From Rhizophagus irregularis (taxonomy: Eukaryota), in the NCBI RefSeq assembly GCF_026210795.1, contig NC_089430.1:2294001-2358000 (forward strand): DNA of 64,000 nucleotides, written 5' to 3'. Under the pieces are notes generated by a model. The model was not told where the DNA came from and made no database searches. It was given only the letters and a program-made list of their open reading frames with translations. Positions 1 to 13,416 of this stretch are shown here, in pieces. The position numbers and the translations under genes are program-made. The number at the start of each line of letters is the position of its first letter. The stretch's first letter is position 1.

Positions 1-2299
1 GAACGAAATTCTTTCAAAAAATTCTTAAAGACCGTCATGAAGTGTTTATTTGTACAAATTTTGGTATAATTCGAAATTCAAATGTAATATAAATATACAA
101 TTGTAATAAGTGTTTCTGAATGTGTTTGTTAAACGTGGATTTCTTTAAAAAGATTGAGAGTAGATTATATCGATCTTTATCATAAACATCGTTGTGAATT
201 CTGAAACGCAAGTATTGAAATTATTTTTTTTTTCAATTGGAATATATACAGTAAATTACTGAATACCTTGTTTATACACCTTCCTCTTCGACGTGCATAT
301 TAAAGCTAATCCTACTTTAGCAACTAAAGTAATTAAACAAATATAACATATATACAATATATGAAATATTATCAATACATACTTTTGTAAGGTTGAATAT
401 ATATGGCTCTCGAAATGTAGTTTTATAGTCCACTTCGATGCGGCCTCTATAAGTGCTATTTAAATTTTTTTTTTGCATATTTTTTTTTTTGTATTATTTT
501 CTAGTTCATAATTTTTTCTTATCGTTAATTATGGATTTTGAGTAAAACTCATCTTAGAAGAGTATATTCATAGTAAAAATAACTTAATTGCAGCTATAAA
601 GTTCAACTTAATTCTGAAGAATTATACGAAATTGGCAAATTATTATAAATGTAAAGAATTATATTATGTATATAATTGTTTAATCGTTAAACCTTAGAAA
701 AATTATGTTCGAAACCGTGAAAAACGGCAAGTTTCTTAATTAAGACATTCTTTGAAACTAGACTTTTGGCATTTTTTGTTCTTACATATTTTCATCTTAT
801 TTATATTTTTCATAGAAAATTATATAAGTAATCAATTTTATATAATACGGTTGACTCAAGATTATAACTAAGTATTTGTAATAATCGTTTCAATAGACAT
901 ACATTGTATCATTTCCCCATTTTAAGAATGATATTAACCTCTTTTTTCCCAGTTAAACTCATTTTTTATTATTTTGAATCCTTATTAATAATAATGACGA
1001 CGGGTAAACGAATAAACGATACCGGTAATACCAGCAATACGGCGACACTGTATACAAAAAATACGGTAAATCTCGCGACACATCGGTTTAATTTGATTAA
1101 TAAGCCCACAATGATTAGTCAAATTCTATTTTTATAAGGTTGCACAGTGGTTGCACAAAAGTTATTTTTCATCCCGAGAATTAATTATCAAACCTATTTG
1201 TCACAAAAGTTATTTGTCACATATATAATTTCTTAATGCCGTAATTCCAGCCAAATCCGTCCCGCTTTAGATATCGAACTTGGACTTCCTTTTTGTAGGT
1301 CGGCTCTTGGGAATCTCTTGGCACCTCTTCTCATTTTGCAGGACAGTACCTTGGTGTAGCTCGTCAATTTGGCATTTTGGAATGAATCGGTAAGTTTAAA
1401 CCTTATAATTTTTTTATTTTTTAAATTTTTTTTTTCTTTTTTTGCAGGTATCGGTAGATTGAGCTTCATGGATCCCAGATGATAGGATCGGTAAGTTACA
1501 AAATGTTTCGTTTGAAACTTTTTTTAAAGTTTTTAATTTTGTTTTGAAGAAACTAACCGTTTCTTCTTTTGTCTATTTTGTAGGTATTGTCTTCGATTTT
1601 TGGATCAGCTCCTTGAGTAAGTTTCGAAGTTTCGCTTCACTTCGAAACTTAATTAAATCTTTTTATATTCTTTTAAGAAACGCTAAGTCACTAATTGTTT
1701 CTATTTAGAAACAAGTTAATGAACCGTTTATAATAATGTTATCCTTTTGGTTATAAAATTTATAAGTTTTTATAATTTTAAATATGATTGTTGGGAATCT
1801 CTGCTCTTATTCCCCCCATGAAATACATGGGAGTGGCAGAGCGCGTCACTTTATTATATAATAATCATTATATTTGTGATTAATGCTTTCATGATAGAAG
1901 TCAAAATTTTAAAAATGTTTATTGAATTGGTTTAATAAGGTTAATGTATATAACATCCCTTTGCAAAGTGTTGATAAATTAATAATTCTCATTTACTGAT
2001 ATTCGGGTTTCTTTCACTTTTGGCGGATTCGATTTGATAATATATTGGGTATCCGTGGAAGAAAAATCAAGTTTCCAAAATATTCTAACCTCTCATAACA
2101 TTAAAGAATTGATACCCTAACCATTAGATCTAAGAATTTTTGGACGAAGTTACTTCCTAACAAAAAAGGACGAGATTTACATTCGGTTAATATATTGAGT
2201 GAAAATATTTTTCGTTAATATTTAGGACGAAAAGCTCCCAATAAAGAAATTTAGCAATATATTGTTGTTGAAAAAAAGTTATAAATGTATATTTACTTA

Positions 2300-2500
2300 T
2301 ATGAAATGAAATTGTCAATTTCATTATTTTCAGATGCTCAATTTGAAAATTTTGCTTTTAGATAATTTTGAACACAATAATCTCTCATTCTTTTTATATT
2401 CATCAGTTAAACTCCTTGCTCCTTTGGGTATTGCAATTTAACCGTAATTTATAAGTTCTCTGTCATTATTACTAATCATTCCAAAACTACAAATTTGAAT
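2300..2500 (-). pseudogene. Degraded fragment of the N-terminal region of a Glomeromycotina-type protein kinase gene
   Basis: Minus-strand manual translation gives ...YCVQNYLKAKFSN*ASENNEIDNFI, resembling the recurrent 'C..NYLK..F.NWTSGN..ID..IQ' pre-kinase motif. It has an in-frame stop and no ORF. Boundaries approximate. Confidence 0.4.
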
Positions 2501-3116
2501 CTATTCAAAAAAAATTATTCTTTAATTTTCATAAATATATATTTTGATAATAAATAGTTATTGGATGGGGGATTATAGTTCGGTCATTGGAATACTGCGG
2601 TGACCAATAGGAATTAATGCTACTAATACTGATTTCAATATTGGTAAAATATCAGTTATTCCTAATCGACTGAACAATATACGCGTAATACGCGTAATGA
2701 GTAATGGATATAGCGCGTAAACAATCTTACATCATACTAATCACACAGTATATGATTTTAAATGATTTTCTCAAGAAATTATTTATAAAATCACTCCTTA
2801 TTTTTCAAAAAAAAAAATTTCCTTTGAAATATGAAAAAAAAATTCTTTAATATTTATTATATTTATTTTAACTTTCAAAAACTCATTAAATACATGTTTT
2901 CTTTTTCATTTTAATATTTGATATTGTCTTTAAATATTTATTTCCTATTTTCTTTAATACTTATTATAGCTTTCGAAAACTTATATTTCGTTTATTAAAT
3001 ACACATAAGAACTTTATTCTTATCCTCTTTTGCAAAACCCTTGGAAGATTTCTACTTGTGATAATTTATTGGGCTTTTATTATTTTGGTAAGTGGAAATG
3101 GCTAAGCTGGGATGTA

Positions 3117-4499
3117 CAGTGGCCTGCCAAAAATGACCGACCACTTGCGATTTTGCGATAATTTTGCCGATCATTACCAATTTTGTTTTTTGTTTATTTA
3201 CGTAACGGACTAATAAAATTGCGCCAAATTTTTTTTCCCACCTCTCCCAAAACATTTTCTTCAAAATGTAATTATTGTCAATTTTCAAAAAGCTACTTCC
3301 TAAATAAATATGACTGACAAACGCAAAGAGCTCTCTATTTTTGAACGTGGTGAGGTTGTTGGTGCTTGGAAGTGTGGAATTAGCGAACGAGCTATTGTTG
3401 AGAAATTAAACCACCCCAAAACGACTATTCATGACGTTATTGAAGCTTACAAAAAAGATGGACTGGAGATGCCTCCACCTCGGGTAGGTAGGCCACCTAT
3501 ACTAACAGAAAGAAATGGGCGTTGTTTATTAAGAACTCTTAAGAAGGATAGACAAGCAAATATTAAAGAACTACATGATAATTTTACACAAACTGCCGAT
3601 GTAAAAGTAAGTGTAAGGACTGTTCAACGTTATCTTCATGAACAGGGATTTTTTGGGCGAGCTGGAGTCAGAAAACCTTTTGTAACTGAGGCTAATAGAA
3701 AGAAACGATTTTCCTGGGCTAAAGAGAGAAAGGATTGGGGGAAGAGTGGAAAAACATAATTTGGAGCGATGAGTCAAAGTTTGAACTTTTCAAAGGAAGT
3801 GGTAGAAGGTGGGTTTGGCGAAGGCCTCACGAAAAATATGATGTAGGGTGCCTTATTCCAACTTTTAAGTCAGGACAAGATGGTATAATGGTGTGGGGAT
3901 GTTTTACGTATAATGGGCTTGGCCCTTTAGTTAGGTTAGAAGGAAGAATTAATGCTGCAGCGTATATAGATGTTTTGGACGATCATTTACTTGGGTTCAT
4001 AGATGATTTAGGTGACGAAGAAGAGTATCTTTTTCAGGAGGATAATGCTCCAATCCATACAGCAAGGGTTACTACGGAATGGAAAAGGGATAATGATATT
4101 GAAACTCTACCGTGGCCTGCACAGAGCCCGGATATGAACCCCATTGAAAATTTATGGGACGAGTTGGAAAGACAAGTCCGGGCGCGCAAACCACTACCAA
4201 AAAATCGGGAGGAACTTTGGTCTGTACTTCAGGAGGAGTGGGGTAAAATCAGAATTCATAAACTCCAAAATCTTGTTAATAGTATGCCTAACCGAATTAA
4301 GGCTGTATTAAAGAGCAAGGGTAACCCCACAAAATATTAATAAATGAGCCTTAAACTTTCAAATTTTGCCTTTCGAATAAATCAATTTTTTTATAAAATT
4401 CACTTAATAGTTTTTGAGAAAATTAAGTTTAAATTTTCGTAACGATTTTATAAATTTTTTATACCTCGCAAGTGGTCGGTCACTTTTGGCAGGGCACTG
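3117..4499 (+). mobile_element. Tc1-family DNA transposon, full length
   Basis: 34-bp TIRs: CAGTGGCCTGCCAAAAATGACCGACCACTTGCGA at 3117-3150 and its reverse complement at 4466-4499 (2 mismatches). TA on both sides (3115-3116, 4500-4501). Internal transposase. Confidence 0.96.
3310..4340 (+). pseudogene. Tc1 DD34E transposase split by a 1-nt frameshift near 3735-3745
   Basis: ORF 3310-3759 has HTH/GRPP and 'VRKPF' motifs. ORF 3735-4340 has WSDESKF, FQEDNAPIH and WPAQSPDMNPIENLW, with 34 residues between the second D and E. The break lies in a G-run, so it could be a sequencing error. Confidence 0.92.
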
Positions 4500-4904
4500 T
4501 ATAAGGGATTTGTGCACCTAGTGTGCTTTGGTTATCCTCCTCTTCTAGTAGTCTTCCCTTTGGTGGTGGGTCTCATGTCTTACTATCAATGTGACAGTAC
4601 CTCTGCACGAGTTTGATCACTCACGATATATCGTTAATGTCAGTTGATAGTAGGCATGGGGGCTTGAATTTGTCTTTTCTACAAAGCTTACTTAGAGTAC
4701 TCGAGTCTTCTAACATATTTTTACAATATATTTTATTTTAGATTTCTTTTGTTTAAATATTAAAAACTGAATTTTCTTATCCCACTTTGATTACTTTAAC
4801 AAAAATTCTGCGCGCAAAATTTACCTTTATAAACTCATACATTACATTGCGATATCCAAAACTTGTTTTTAATATACAAAATAATTTTTTAAAATCAATA
4901 TGCT

Positions 4905-5665
4905 ATAAACCTGGACTGGACTGGATATGTTCGTAAGGCTTGTAAAAGATTGGGTATAGATTTTATCAACATGGTCGTGTGGATCCTTAAAAGTGTAAAT
5001 ACAAATCAGGTTTTTTTTTAAAAAAAAATTGAAATAATTAGACCTTGTTTATACCTTTGTTTATACTTTATAGGCTCATTGAAGATACTGTTGGTGCTTT
5101 TAGCAGAACTTGTTAAGGACTCTTGATATTGAAACAAATGGAATTATGGAAACTTTTCGTGCGTGAATTAAGTATCATTATAGTAATAATTTATGGTACA
5201 CTTCACTTAGGCATGAGTTCCTATCAGTATTTATCATTTAAAATACTTTGATATATAACTTTTTCGTTAGAATTAGAAATTTCCATTTAATGAATATTAT
5301 ATATATCCACGATGACTTTGAATAGGAGAACTCATCCTCGTTTTCAAGCTGGAAATTTTACCAAAAATCCAGAACTTGCAGATAAATTTGTGAACTCGCA
5401 AGAAAGGATTAACTTCAGACCAGCTTTGTTTGGGTTCTAGCTCTGGTAACCAATAATCCAATAATCCTATTCTTACTTAATATTTTACAAATATGTTGTA
5501 ATAACATTTTTCTTTTTTTATAGTGTGATAATAGTGATAATATTGCTACTATGCTATTCCTGGTAGGTAAAAAAATTAGTTTCGAAGAATTGCCTAATAA
5601 TTAGGCAAATAACTAATTCTTTTGAAATTATTTGTGATAGATACACCACTGTTGGTATGAAGGTA
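4905..5665 (+). pseudogene. Aldo/keto reductase pseudogene (intron-containing, multiple deletions and frameshifts)
   Basis: Fragments read manually: FYQHGRVDP, IEDTVG(A)LAELVK, TLDIETNGIMET, RRTHPRFQAGNFTKN.ELADKF, AIPG. These match AKR-family motifs, separated by GT..AG AT-rich introns and frameshifts. Confidence 0.7.
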
Positions 5666-6309
5666 AAAATATATATATAATATTAAAATAATACTAACTT
5701 TTTTTAAAAAAAAGAAAAAAATTTTGAATTTTATATAATAAATTAAGCTTGTAAACCATGTGAAGGCTTTGCACGGTGCGACGAATATGAGAATTCGAAT
5801 AGTAGAACGAATAAACGTATCTTGTTTCTTTCGATTCTTTGCAGTCGCTTCTTCTTGTATGAGATTGGTACATTTGATAAAAGCTTTCGGTTTACACCCT
5901 ACAATATTACTGATTTACTTTTACAAATTGGATAAAAAAAAAATCTTCGCTCATAAACAAGACTATAAAAATGCGTTCCAGGATTATATAATTACTTTTG
6001 CTTTTCTATTGCTCTCGATTGATCGATTTTATAGTTTTATTTTTACTTTTTTATAAGTTGAGCGCCAAAATTACAGATCACGTTAATATTCAAGCATATA
6101 TGCCAGATAAGGTACGGAAATTATAAATTCAACCTCACAGAGTTTTGCTAACTTGCCCTGGGTTAAATAACCTGGGTTAAATCACCCAAGTAATAGAGTA
6201 TATTTAGAAAAATTGCATTTCATTTTGAAAGATGTGGTAAAAAGTATACAATTAATATGTTTAAATGGTATTAAATAAATTCTTTTAAAAAACTATGTCG
6301 TAATCAGCG

Positions 6310-6515
6310 GTGATGACCTATAACACTCCTATAATGATATAGTGTTTAAATGGATACCATACAATCAATTCAACGATTTCAACAAAATAAAATGGGTTTG
6401 CTAATGCAATAAGGAGGGATGATCGATTAAGTTATTCTTAATTAAAAGAAAAATATGAAAGATGCAAGTTTCTTTAAAATATTTACATAATATTTGATAA
6501 ACTTCTAAATGAGGT
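6310..6515 (+). pseudogene. Protein kinase gene remnant
   Basis: DIVFKWIPYNQFNDFNKI followed by degraded 'SLKYLHN...LLNEV', characteristic of the expanded Glomeromycotina TKL-like kinases. Frameshifted. Confidence 0.6.
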
Positions 6516-8287
6516 ATGAAATTTCTTTATTCATTTGATTTACTAGATGGATATTGTGAAGATGTGATAATAAATGTACGGATGCATTTAATTATCGTGT
6601 AAATTTAGAAGATTAAGAAAAAAATGTTTTTTTATCTAGATAACGGAATAACAGATAATAATTACTCTTATTGGAAAGAAAATTTAAGAGCACATTTAAA
6701 TAAAAAAAAAATTATTCAAGGACGTTGAGTTACTCAATGTCAGTATTGTTTATTCACCAAAAATATTTGGAGGTTATAGTCCTATCGGTACAGTTCTTAT
6801 GAAAATAATAGAAATATTGAAAAATATGAAGATAAGTACTGTAGAGTATGGAAGGAGAAGGGGAAGGTGAGAGAAAGAGGGAAGGTGAACATTTTTTAAT
6901 TTTGCATTATATGAATTTTATGATTATGCGTTCAATTTTGGTGGAGAATCTATGTCTATAGTTAATATTGGACAGATTCTTTTTACTGGTAGAGCATACA
7001 AAAATCATCATAAAAATTTTACCTATTTTTAATTAAGTAAAAAAGTTTTATGCATATTTCTGATTCAAGTTACACAAGAACAAATATAATACAAACCGTT
7101 ATTGATATAAATTTCTATAGTTTTATAGCAGATATAGAAGAAATAAAGAGATTAACCAATTATTATAAATCCTAATAATTACGACTTAGGCTGCAATATT
7201 GATATTCGCTGCATTATAATCTAAAAAAAATTGTGTAACTAATATAGCAAATGATGAACATGTCACATGAAAAAGATACAATATTTTAAATCGTACTACC
7301 AATGAAATATTAAAAAATTTTTTATATACAGTACATGTATTTTATTATACTATTCATGTATGTCATTACTTATTTAATAAATATTACGACATTGCAGGAC
7401 CATTCAAAGATTGAAGAATCCAGTTCTCATTAATTTACCATTTTATATAATTCATTTTTTCAATCGGCATGAATTGATTTGGATATATTTGATTCATCAA
7501 TAATATACTAAATTTAGCAACGATTTCGCTGATGGAGAAAGTTATATACAGTACAGCATAATTTTTTGTAATAAATTAATCGGAGCTGTTCGCAGTTGAC
7601 ATCTATTATTTGTTTGTTAATATAAAATTATTCATTTGATGTTATTCTGTTATTCTCATTTTTTGTAAAATCATCTTTATTTTAAAGCGGATTTACCACG
7701 ATCAGAATTCCCAATCTTATTCTCAATCCACTTTTCTCATATGAATTATTTATTCCGAGAAAACTAATAGAACTTAAATCTCTATGATGCAAATAAGGTA
7801 TTTGGAGTCCTAAAAAATAAATTATTACAACGATGTACCAAGTTTAAAACCGGTTCCAACCTGTTTTTTTTAATTGTTCATTTAATCTCAACCAGCATTA
7901 TAGATTGTCCAATAATAATTCAAGACAGTTTGAAAGTTAAAAAGAATAGCCTAATTTCATCACGTGACTAACCGGTTTAAACCGGCTATGGTCGGTGTAA
8001 CTCCGCTTTCAAAAACGGAAAAGAACAAAATATTCTCACGAATGACTTGATTATAGTAATCAAATCATTATTAATTCGTTCATGTAACTCATGTAAGTTA
8101 TAATTAAGTCATTTCTAAATCATTCATGAAAATTTTTAATCAAGTCATTTACAAAATCATTAAAATCATTCATTCAACAAAGATTTTATATCATATCATT
8201 TTCTAATCATAATCAATTCACGAATGTATAAATATACTAGGTGTTGCTCGATGGAAGGAAACTCAAATTCAAGCAATTTAATTAATC

Positions 8288-9332
8288 ATGAGCAACTCAC
8301 AATTCAAAACCGTAACTATTGCTGGAGGAACGGGTACTTTAGGTTATGCTATCTCTGAGGCATTTTTGAATGATGGATCTTATAATGTAAAGATTCTTCG
8401 AAGAAAACCAGAAAATGAAAATGAGAAAGCTAAATTATTGGCTTCCAAGGGTGCAGAAATTGTATATGCGGATTATAATCAAAAAGATGAACTTGTCAAA
8501 GCTCTTAAAGGAACCGACGTTCTTGTCAGTGCTGTATGTTTTGATAAAAAAACAGCTGTTACGGGCTTTTACGATATTCAATCTCCATTGTTAGCCGCTG
8601 CTAAAGAAGCATCCGTGAAGAGGTTCATCCCATCCGAATTTGCTCTTGTGTATAAGTGCGTTGGTTTATTACATTTTTGTTACATGTCATAACAATTCAA
8701 ATATTGTTGCGTCCTTATATCGATTTTTCTTTTTTTGCTAATTAAGGCCAGGAGTTCATCCAGTAGTGGACGATAAAATCAAATTTCGGGAAGAATTAGA
8801 AAAAAGTGGGCTTGAGTACACGTACATCCAAACCGGATTATTTCAAGAGTACCTTTACTGGATAGGATATGATATTGTGAACAAGAAAGCTACATTTTTT
8901 GGTGATGGCAATACAAAACTATATACTACATCTTTACCCGATATTGGCAAGTATACCGTTGAATCACTTAAAATACCAGAGACTCGTAACGCTCAAATTA
9001 ATGTTGCTGGTGCAACCTTGTCATTAAATGAGTACCTTAAAAAGTTTGAAGAAGTTACTGGTGAGTACACTGTATATCTCTTGTTTTTTAGGTTAAAACA
9101 CGAATGTAACCAATTATAATTTGTTTCTGAAGGTTCGAAGTGGGAAGTTGTTGAAGATAGAGATGTTCGACATCGATACCAAAACAATATCGACCCCGTT
9201 CCTTCGGCCGCTGATGATTTCAGAGCACTCGTTACGGAAACTACGAAATTCGATGAGATTGACAATGACAAATTCAGCTTTACTCCTCAACCTATTACCG
9301 AAACCATTGAAATTCTTGTGAAGCAAGCGTAA
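8288..9332 (+). CDS. NmrA-like / isoflavone-reductase-like NAD(P)-binding protein; exons 8288-8655, 8747-9060, 9133-9332
   Basis: Rossmann motif IAGGTGTLG, plus VKRFIPSEF and GLEYTYIQTGLF. GT-AG introns 8656-8746 (GCTAAT branch-like) and 9061-9132 join in frame, ending ...ILVKQA* at 9332. Confidence 0.9.
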
Positions 9333-10125
9333 AATTTAGGTTCTAATTATTTATCATTTTATCAGAAGTTTCATATGATAGATTATACGTTTATTTTTTT
9401 TTTTAGTTAGTGCTTCTTGGTCAAAAATAGTAAAATTTTGCAATAGTGAAATTTTTTTAGTTTTTGTAATAAAGGTTCTAAATATATTAAACAAGTTACA
9501 ATTCATTCACCATTTTATTCTATATACACAGTATATAAATTATTTCCTAAAAATCTACCGTTAGCATAAATCAGTTAAATCACGCAAACATTGCAAACTG
9601 ATTATATAGAAGTATGCGTGATAGAGGACTAAAAGTCATGCTTATTTCATTTAATTCAAACAGTATTATTATTATGATGTGATTATTTACGCTTAACTTT
9701 TTTTAATTATTACAAGGTTAAATTGATCGAAAAAAATTTAATTTCGATTTTTATTATATTTAATTCAATGTTGCGCTATATAATTATCACAGTTCTTTAT
9801 GAAAATTCAAATTAATTTAAAATCAAACGCTAAAGGCGCACATAGATAAAAAAATACATTTTGAGGTTTTTTTTTAATCGGTTTAAAAAAACCGAAAAAA
9901 GTTGAAAAAAAGATCGATCTGATTTGTAAAATGAGTGTATTCTTAATTATTACTCACTAGAATATATTTGGATTGTTCCATTAAATCAAAAAGCTCAAGT
10001 CGCTTTGCTTGCTTGTGAAAAATAAAAGCACGAGGATCCCGTTAATGAATAAATATCCTGATTATCCTCCAAATTCAGAAAATTCTGAGTTCCTTCAAAT
10101 ATATAATACAACGATAAAATAATAT

Positions 10126-11447
10126 TTAATAGTCCTCATCCTCCTCGTCACAAAATTCCTTGGTTCTAACTATACCTAAATCTTCATATTTTTTAATTAT
10201 TCTAATGTTATTTTCATCCAAATCTAAACCATTATAATTGTTCTTATTAGTTATTAAAGTAAATATTATATTTGGTTTCTTATTTTTCCATTCAATAAAA
10301 AACGTTTCCAAGTCGTTTGGAGATAATTCTGATGGTGAATCATTATTTATTTTTAATTTATAAAAGTTTTTTTGTGAATATTTTATTATAACATCTAATA
10401 CATCTTTTTCATTTAAAAATCTCTTTCCGCACCAGATTTCAATATTTTCTAAATCATTACAACGATTAAGCATCATTATTAATGCGTGTAATTCATTATT
10501 ATTAAATATTGCAAGAAAACTTTTAAGATTTGGACAAAATTTTGGTATACACAAATTCAAATGTTCATTATTTTGTCCTACATAGATTTCTCTAAGATTT
10601 TTTCCGTTGTTTTACTAAAAATCTTATTATGTACTCGGGTTTCGGACAATTGAAACAAAACTTTAACGTTTTCAACTCGGTAAATATAACGTTTTTTAAA
10701 TTGTTGAAATCTTCAAAATAATGTACCAAAAGTTCCACCAAAGAATGAAAATCTAATATCTTGTAAATTAGAGAATAGGGAAATAAATGAGAGAGGTAAA
10801 TCATTATTATTACTATAAAGATGTATTTTTTTTAACGTATTTGAATGTTTTGCTAAAGCGGGAATGATATTTTTCCAATTATTCCCCTCATATGCTAATA
10901 AATTTAAATTTATTAAATTATTTTGTAAAAGAATTAATCGTTTTAATTCATCTAAAACATCACTTACAAATTCTATAGTAAGTGATCGTAAATTATGACT
11001 TATTTGTGCCAGTTGATAAAAAAATTCGGAATGAATAATTGAACTACAGCGTAATTCTGAAAGTTCTTTTAAATAATTTTTTGTTTCGGGGAAACATAGA
11101 TCATTTGGAGTATTCACAAATGTAATTAAATAATAAGTTAATTTTTTCAAGGAAGTAATTTGATTCATGAACATTTTGACTATTTCTCTTACGACCAAAT
11201 AATTTCCTTCCTTTAAACTTAATGAAGTAACAGGTGATTCAAATTTATGGACATTATCAATTATTCGTCCAATCTCACAAATTGAAAGAACTTTGCAAAA
11301 TGATGCATAATTAAATAGAGATAGTTTTGAAGTAATTGGTAAAATTAAAATTTCATTTTTATGCAAAAATTCTTTTGATTCTTTGGGAAGGCAAGAAATT
11401 AATGTACTAAGAATTGCTTTTTCTATTCTTAACCATTTAAAACAAGG
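10126..11447 (-). pseudogene. F-box/LRR (RNI-like) family gene, frameshifted and 5'-truncated
   Basis: Three offset ORFs (10713-11366, 10592-10804, 10126-10560) with LFNYASFCKVLS, LSELRCSS and FCPNLKS motifs of the Glomeromycotina F-box/LRR expansion. The frame extends upstream (PCFKWLRIEKAILSTLISCLPKESKEF) only to ~11447, where unrelated palindromic sequence begins. Confidence 0.75.
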
Positions 11448-11570
11448 AGTAGTATGTCCTATATGTCTTAGGACATACTACTTGTTCCAGACTAATATGT
11501 CCTAGGACAATATAGTTTATTAATTAATATGTCATAGGATGTTATAGTTTATTGATTAATATGCCCTCTC
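11448..11570. repeat. Perfect 14-bp inverted repeat plus subterminal direct repeats; probable terminus of an inserted element
   Basis: AGTAGTATGTCCTA (11448-11461), 7-nt loop, TAGGACATACTACT (11469-11482). Followed by TAATATGTCCTAGGAC / TAATATGTCATAGGAT / TAATATGCCC, with ATAGTTTATT repeated between them. Confidence 0.7.
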
Positions 11571-12073
11571 TATGACCAGTTGGTTAGTAAATATAGATGA
11601 ACTGTGCGCCTATTTGGTTGCCTGTTAAAAAATCGGGTCAGGTGGCGCAGTAGATTTGCGATTAATTTTGGCTGACATTATGCCATAATTCTGGCCGATC
11701 TTTAGAGCACATGATTTGAGGATCCAGCTTGACGCCATGATGGTGACTGTAGAGCTGTCATGGAACTGGCAGGGAGCTAGAGTGGTTCTATTAGTTTGCC
11801 AGTTTTATGCCACTTCTATGCTGAGTTATTATATCCAAAGTTCTGGCCAAAATCATGGAATAGTCAATAGTGTTGGCCGAAATTAAGCGAATTTATACTG
11901 CGCCTTATTGCGCCATAGTCACGTGATACCGTTCTCATAACTCGAGTAGATTACGTAATAGAATTATTAGCCGAAATCACCTGAAATCATTTTTCAGACT
12001 TCATACACTCATACTTCAAATCTTTCTGATAGCGTTACTAGTGATAGAGACACTCTGTTCATAGTTCTTGACC

Positions 12074-12648
12074 ATGTCTACCATGCCTGAAAGTATTAAT
12101 CTAATGCCATTTGTCTGTAAATGGTATTCTCATTCAGAACCACAACATTTTAAAACCCAGGAGGAACTTAGAAATCACATTTATAAACACATTAAGTCAT
12201 GCAACAGATCATTTCTAGGTTATATATGTCCGTGGAAAGGTTGCAATAAGCATCAAAGTAGTATTATTGAATTAGAAGGTATAAAAAAAATGTCAATGTA
12301 CCTTTTGCCTTTGCTAGTTTTGACGATACTGTAGAAATTATAATAATTTATTGTTGTGTCTTATAGAACATTTATGTAGACATACTCGACAAAGACCATT
12401 CAAGGTATTTTTTGATATTGTTATTATTTTTTTTCTTGTAAAACAAGGGTGGTCACATTGAACTTTTTTATATTTAGTGCCCAATTTGCACTGGCTTGCG
12501 ATTTTGTTCTCTTGATGCGCTAAACCGACATTTGATTTTCAACCATAATGATAACTTTGTGGACCCTGATAGCGGTGGAGATACATGTGATGAAAATGAA
12601 GAATTAAATTTAGGTATGTCACCACAATTTAGCGTGGATTTCAGTTGA
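12074..12648 (+). CDS. Small C2H2 zinc-finger protein (GLI/Zic-like fingers); exons 12074-12278, 12367-12404, 12478-12648
   Basis: Spliced translation ...CKW..NHIYKH..CPWKGC...LE-EHLCRHTRQRPFK-CPICTGLRFCSLDALNRHLIFNH. It has a TGEKPF-like linker (TRQRPF) and in-frame GT-AG introns. The 3' end is uncertain (possible further donor at 12614). Confidence 0.7.
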
Positions 12649-12873
12649 TAAACCTTTCAATAAACTATCAATAGCAATATAAGAACAGAAGAATAAAATC
12701 TGGCTTTCAGTCTTGCTTTTTTGTACTCGATATAATTGTTTACTGTTAATATGTTCTCCTGCGAGATGATTTATATTGTCTCTGCTTTATTGCAATTCTT
12801 TTAATTAATAATAAATAATATCAGTCTATATAAAAAATATCCTCGTTATACACATGGTGAATTATATTTTAAT

Positions 12874-13416
12874 TTGTCTAACATATTTTCTTTTCTTATC
12901 AAAGCACAAGTCAAAGATAAAAATGATGTTCATGTGAAGAAAGAAGGCCACAAAGATGAAGCTACTGCTTATACTAAAGGAAAAGACAATAATATCGCAA
13001 AATTATCATACCGTGATGTTCTCATTAAAGATAGAAATAAAGAGACAGAGGGTTTTATGAAAACACATCAACAGGCTGTGCAGGTTGTTAAAAGTAATGT
13101 CTACGAAAATAAAGAGGCAGAGGATTTTATGGAAAGACGTCTACAAAATGATCGGGCTATGCAGGAATTATTGTATAAGGCAAGGGTAGCTATGTCATTA
13201 TTACCAAAAGAATATAAAGAATATGAAAAATATGATTTGGAAAATCACGATAATTTACCTGATATGCCACAAGAAGAATTGACCGAGGTTCAAGAGAACC
13301 AACTTATTTGGGAGACATTCTGTGAATCCTACAAAGGTACAAAAGCTGGTGAATATTTTAGTGAAGCCTTTGAAATCTGGAAAAAGGATATTGGTTACCC
13401 TGCATATACTAATTAA
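12874..13416 (+). CDS. Hypothetical charged protein, probably a terminal exon (acceptor near 12904)
   Basis: 180-codon open frame preceded by a CTAAC branch site and polypyrimidine tract/AAG. No recognisable domain. Confidence 0.4.
   Translation: MSNIFSFLIKAQVKDKNDVHVKKEGHKDEATAYTKGKDNNIAKLSYRDVLIKDRNKETEGFMKTHQQAVQVVKSNVYENKEAEDFMERRLQNDRAMQELLYKARVAMSLLPKEYKEYEKYDLENHDNLPDMPQEELTEVQENQLIWETFCESYKGTKAGEYFSEAFEIWKKDIGYPAYTN

Noticed and set aside
2680..2720. ACGCGT (MCB-like) repeats as a cell-cycle promoter
   Set aside because: No intact gene is adjacent, and short motifs alone are insufficient evidence.
904..6056. Small ORFs 904-1137, 1233-1469, 3052-3288, 3571-3777 and 5760-6056
   Set aside because: No recognisable motifs; they are AT-rich chance ORFs or antisense to transposon sequence.
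8040..8225. AATCAAGTCATT direct/inverted repeats upstream of the NmrA-like gene as a MITE
   Set aside because: No clean TIR pair or TSD could be defined; may be low-complexity promoter sequence.
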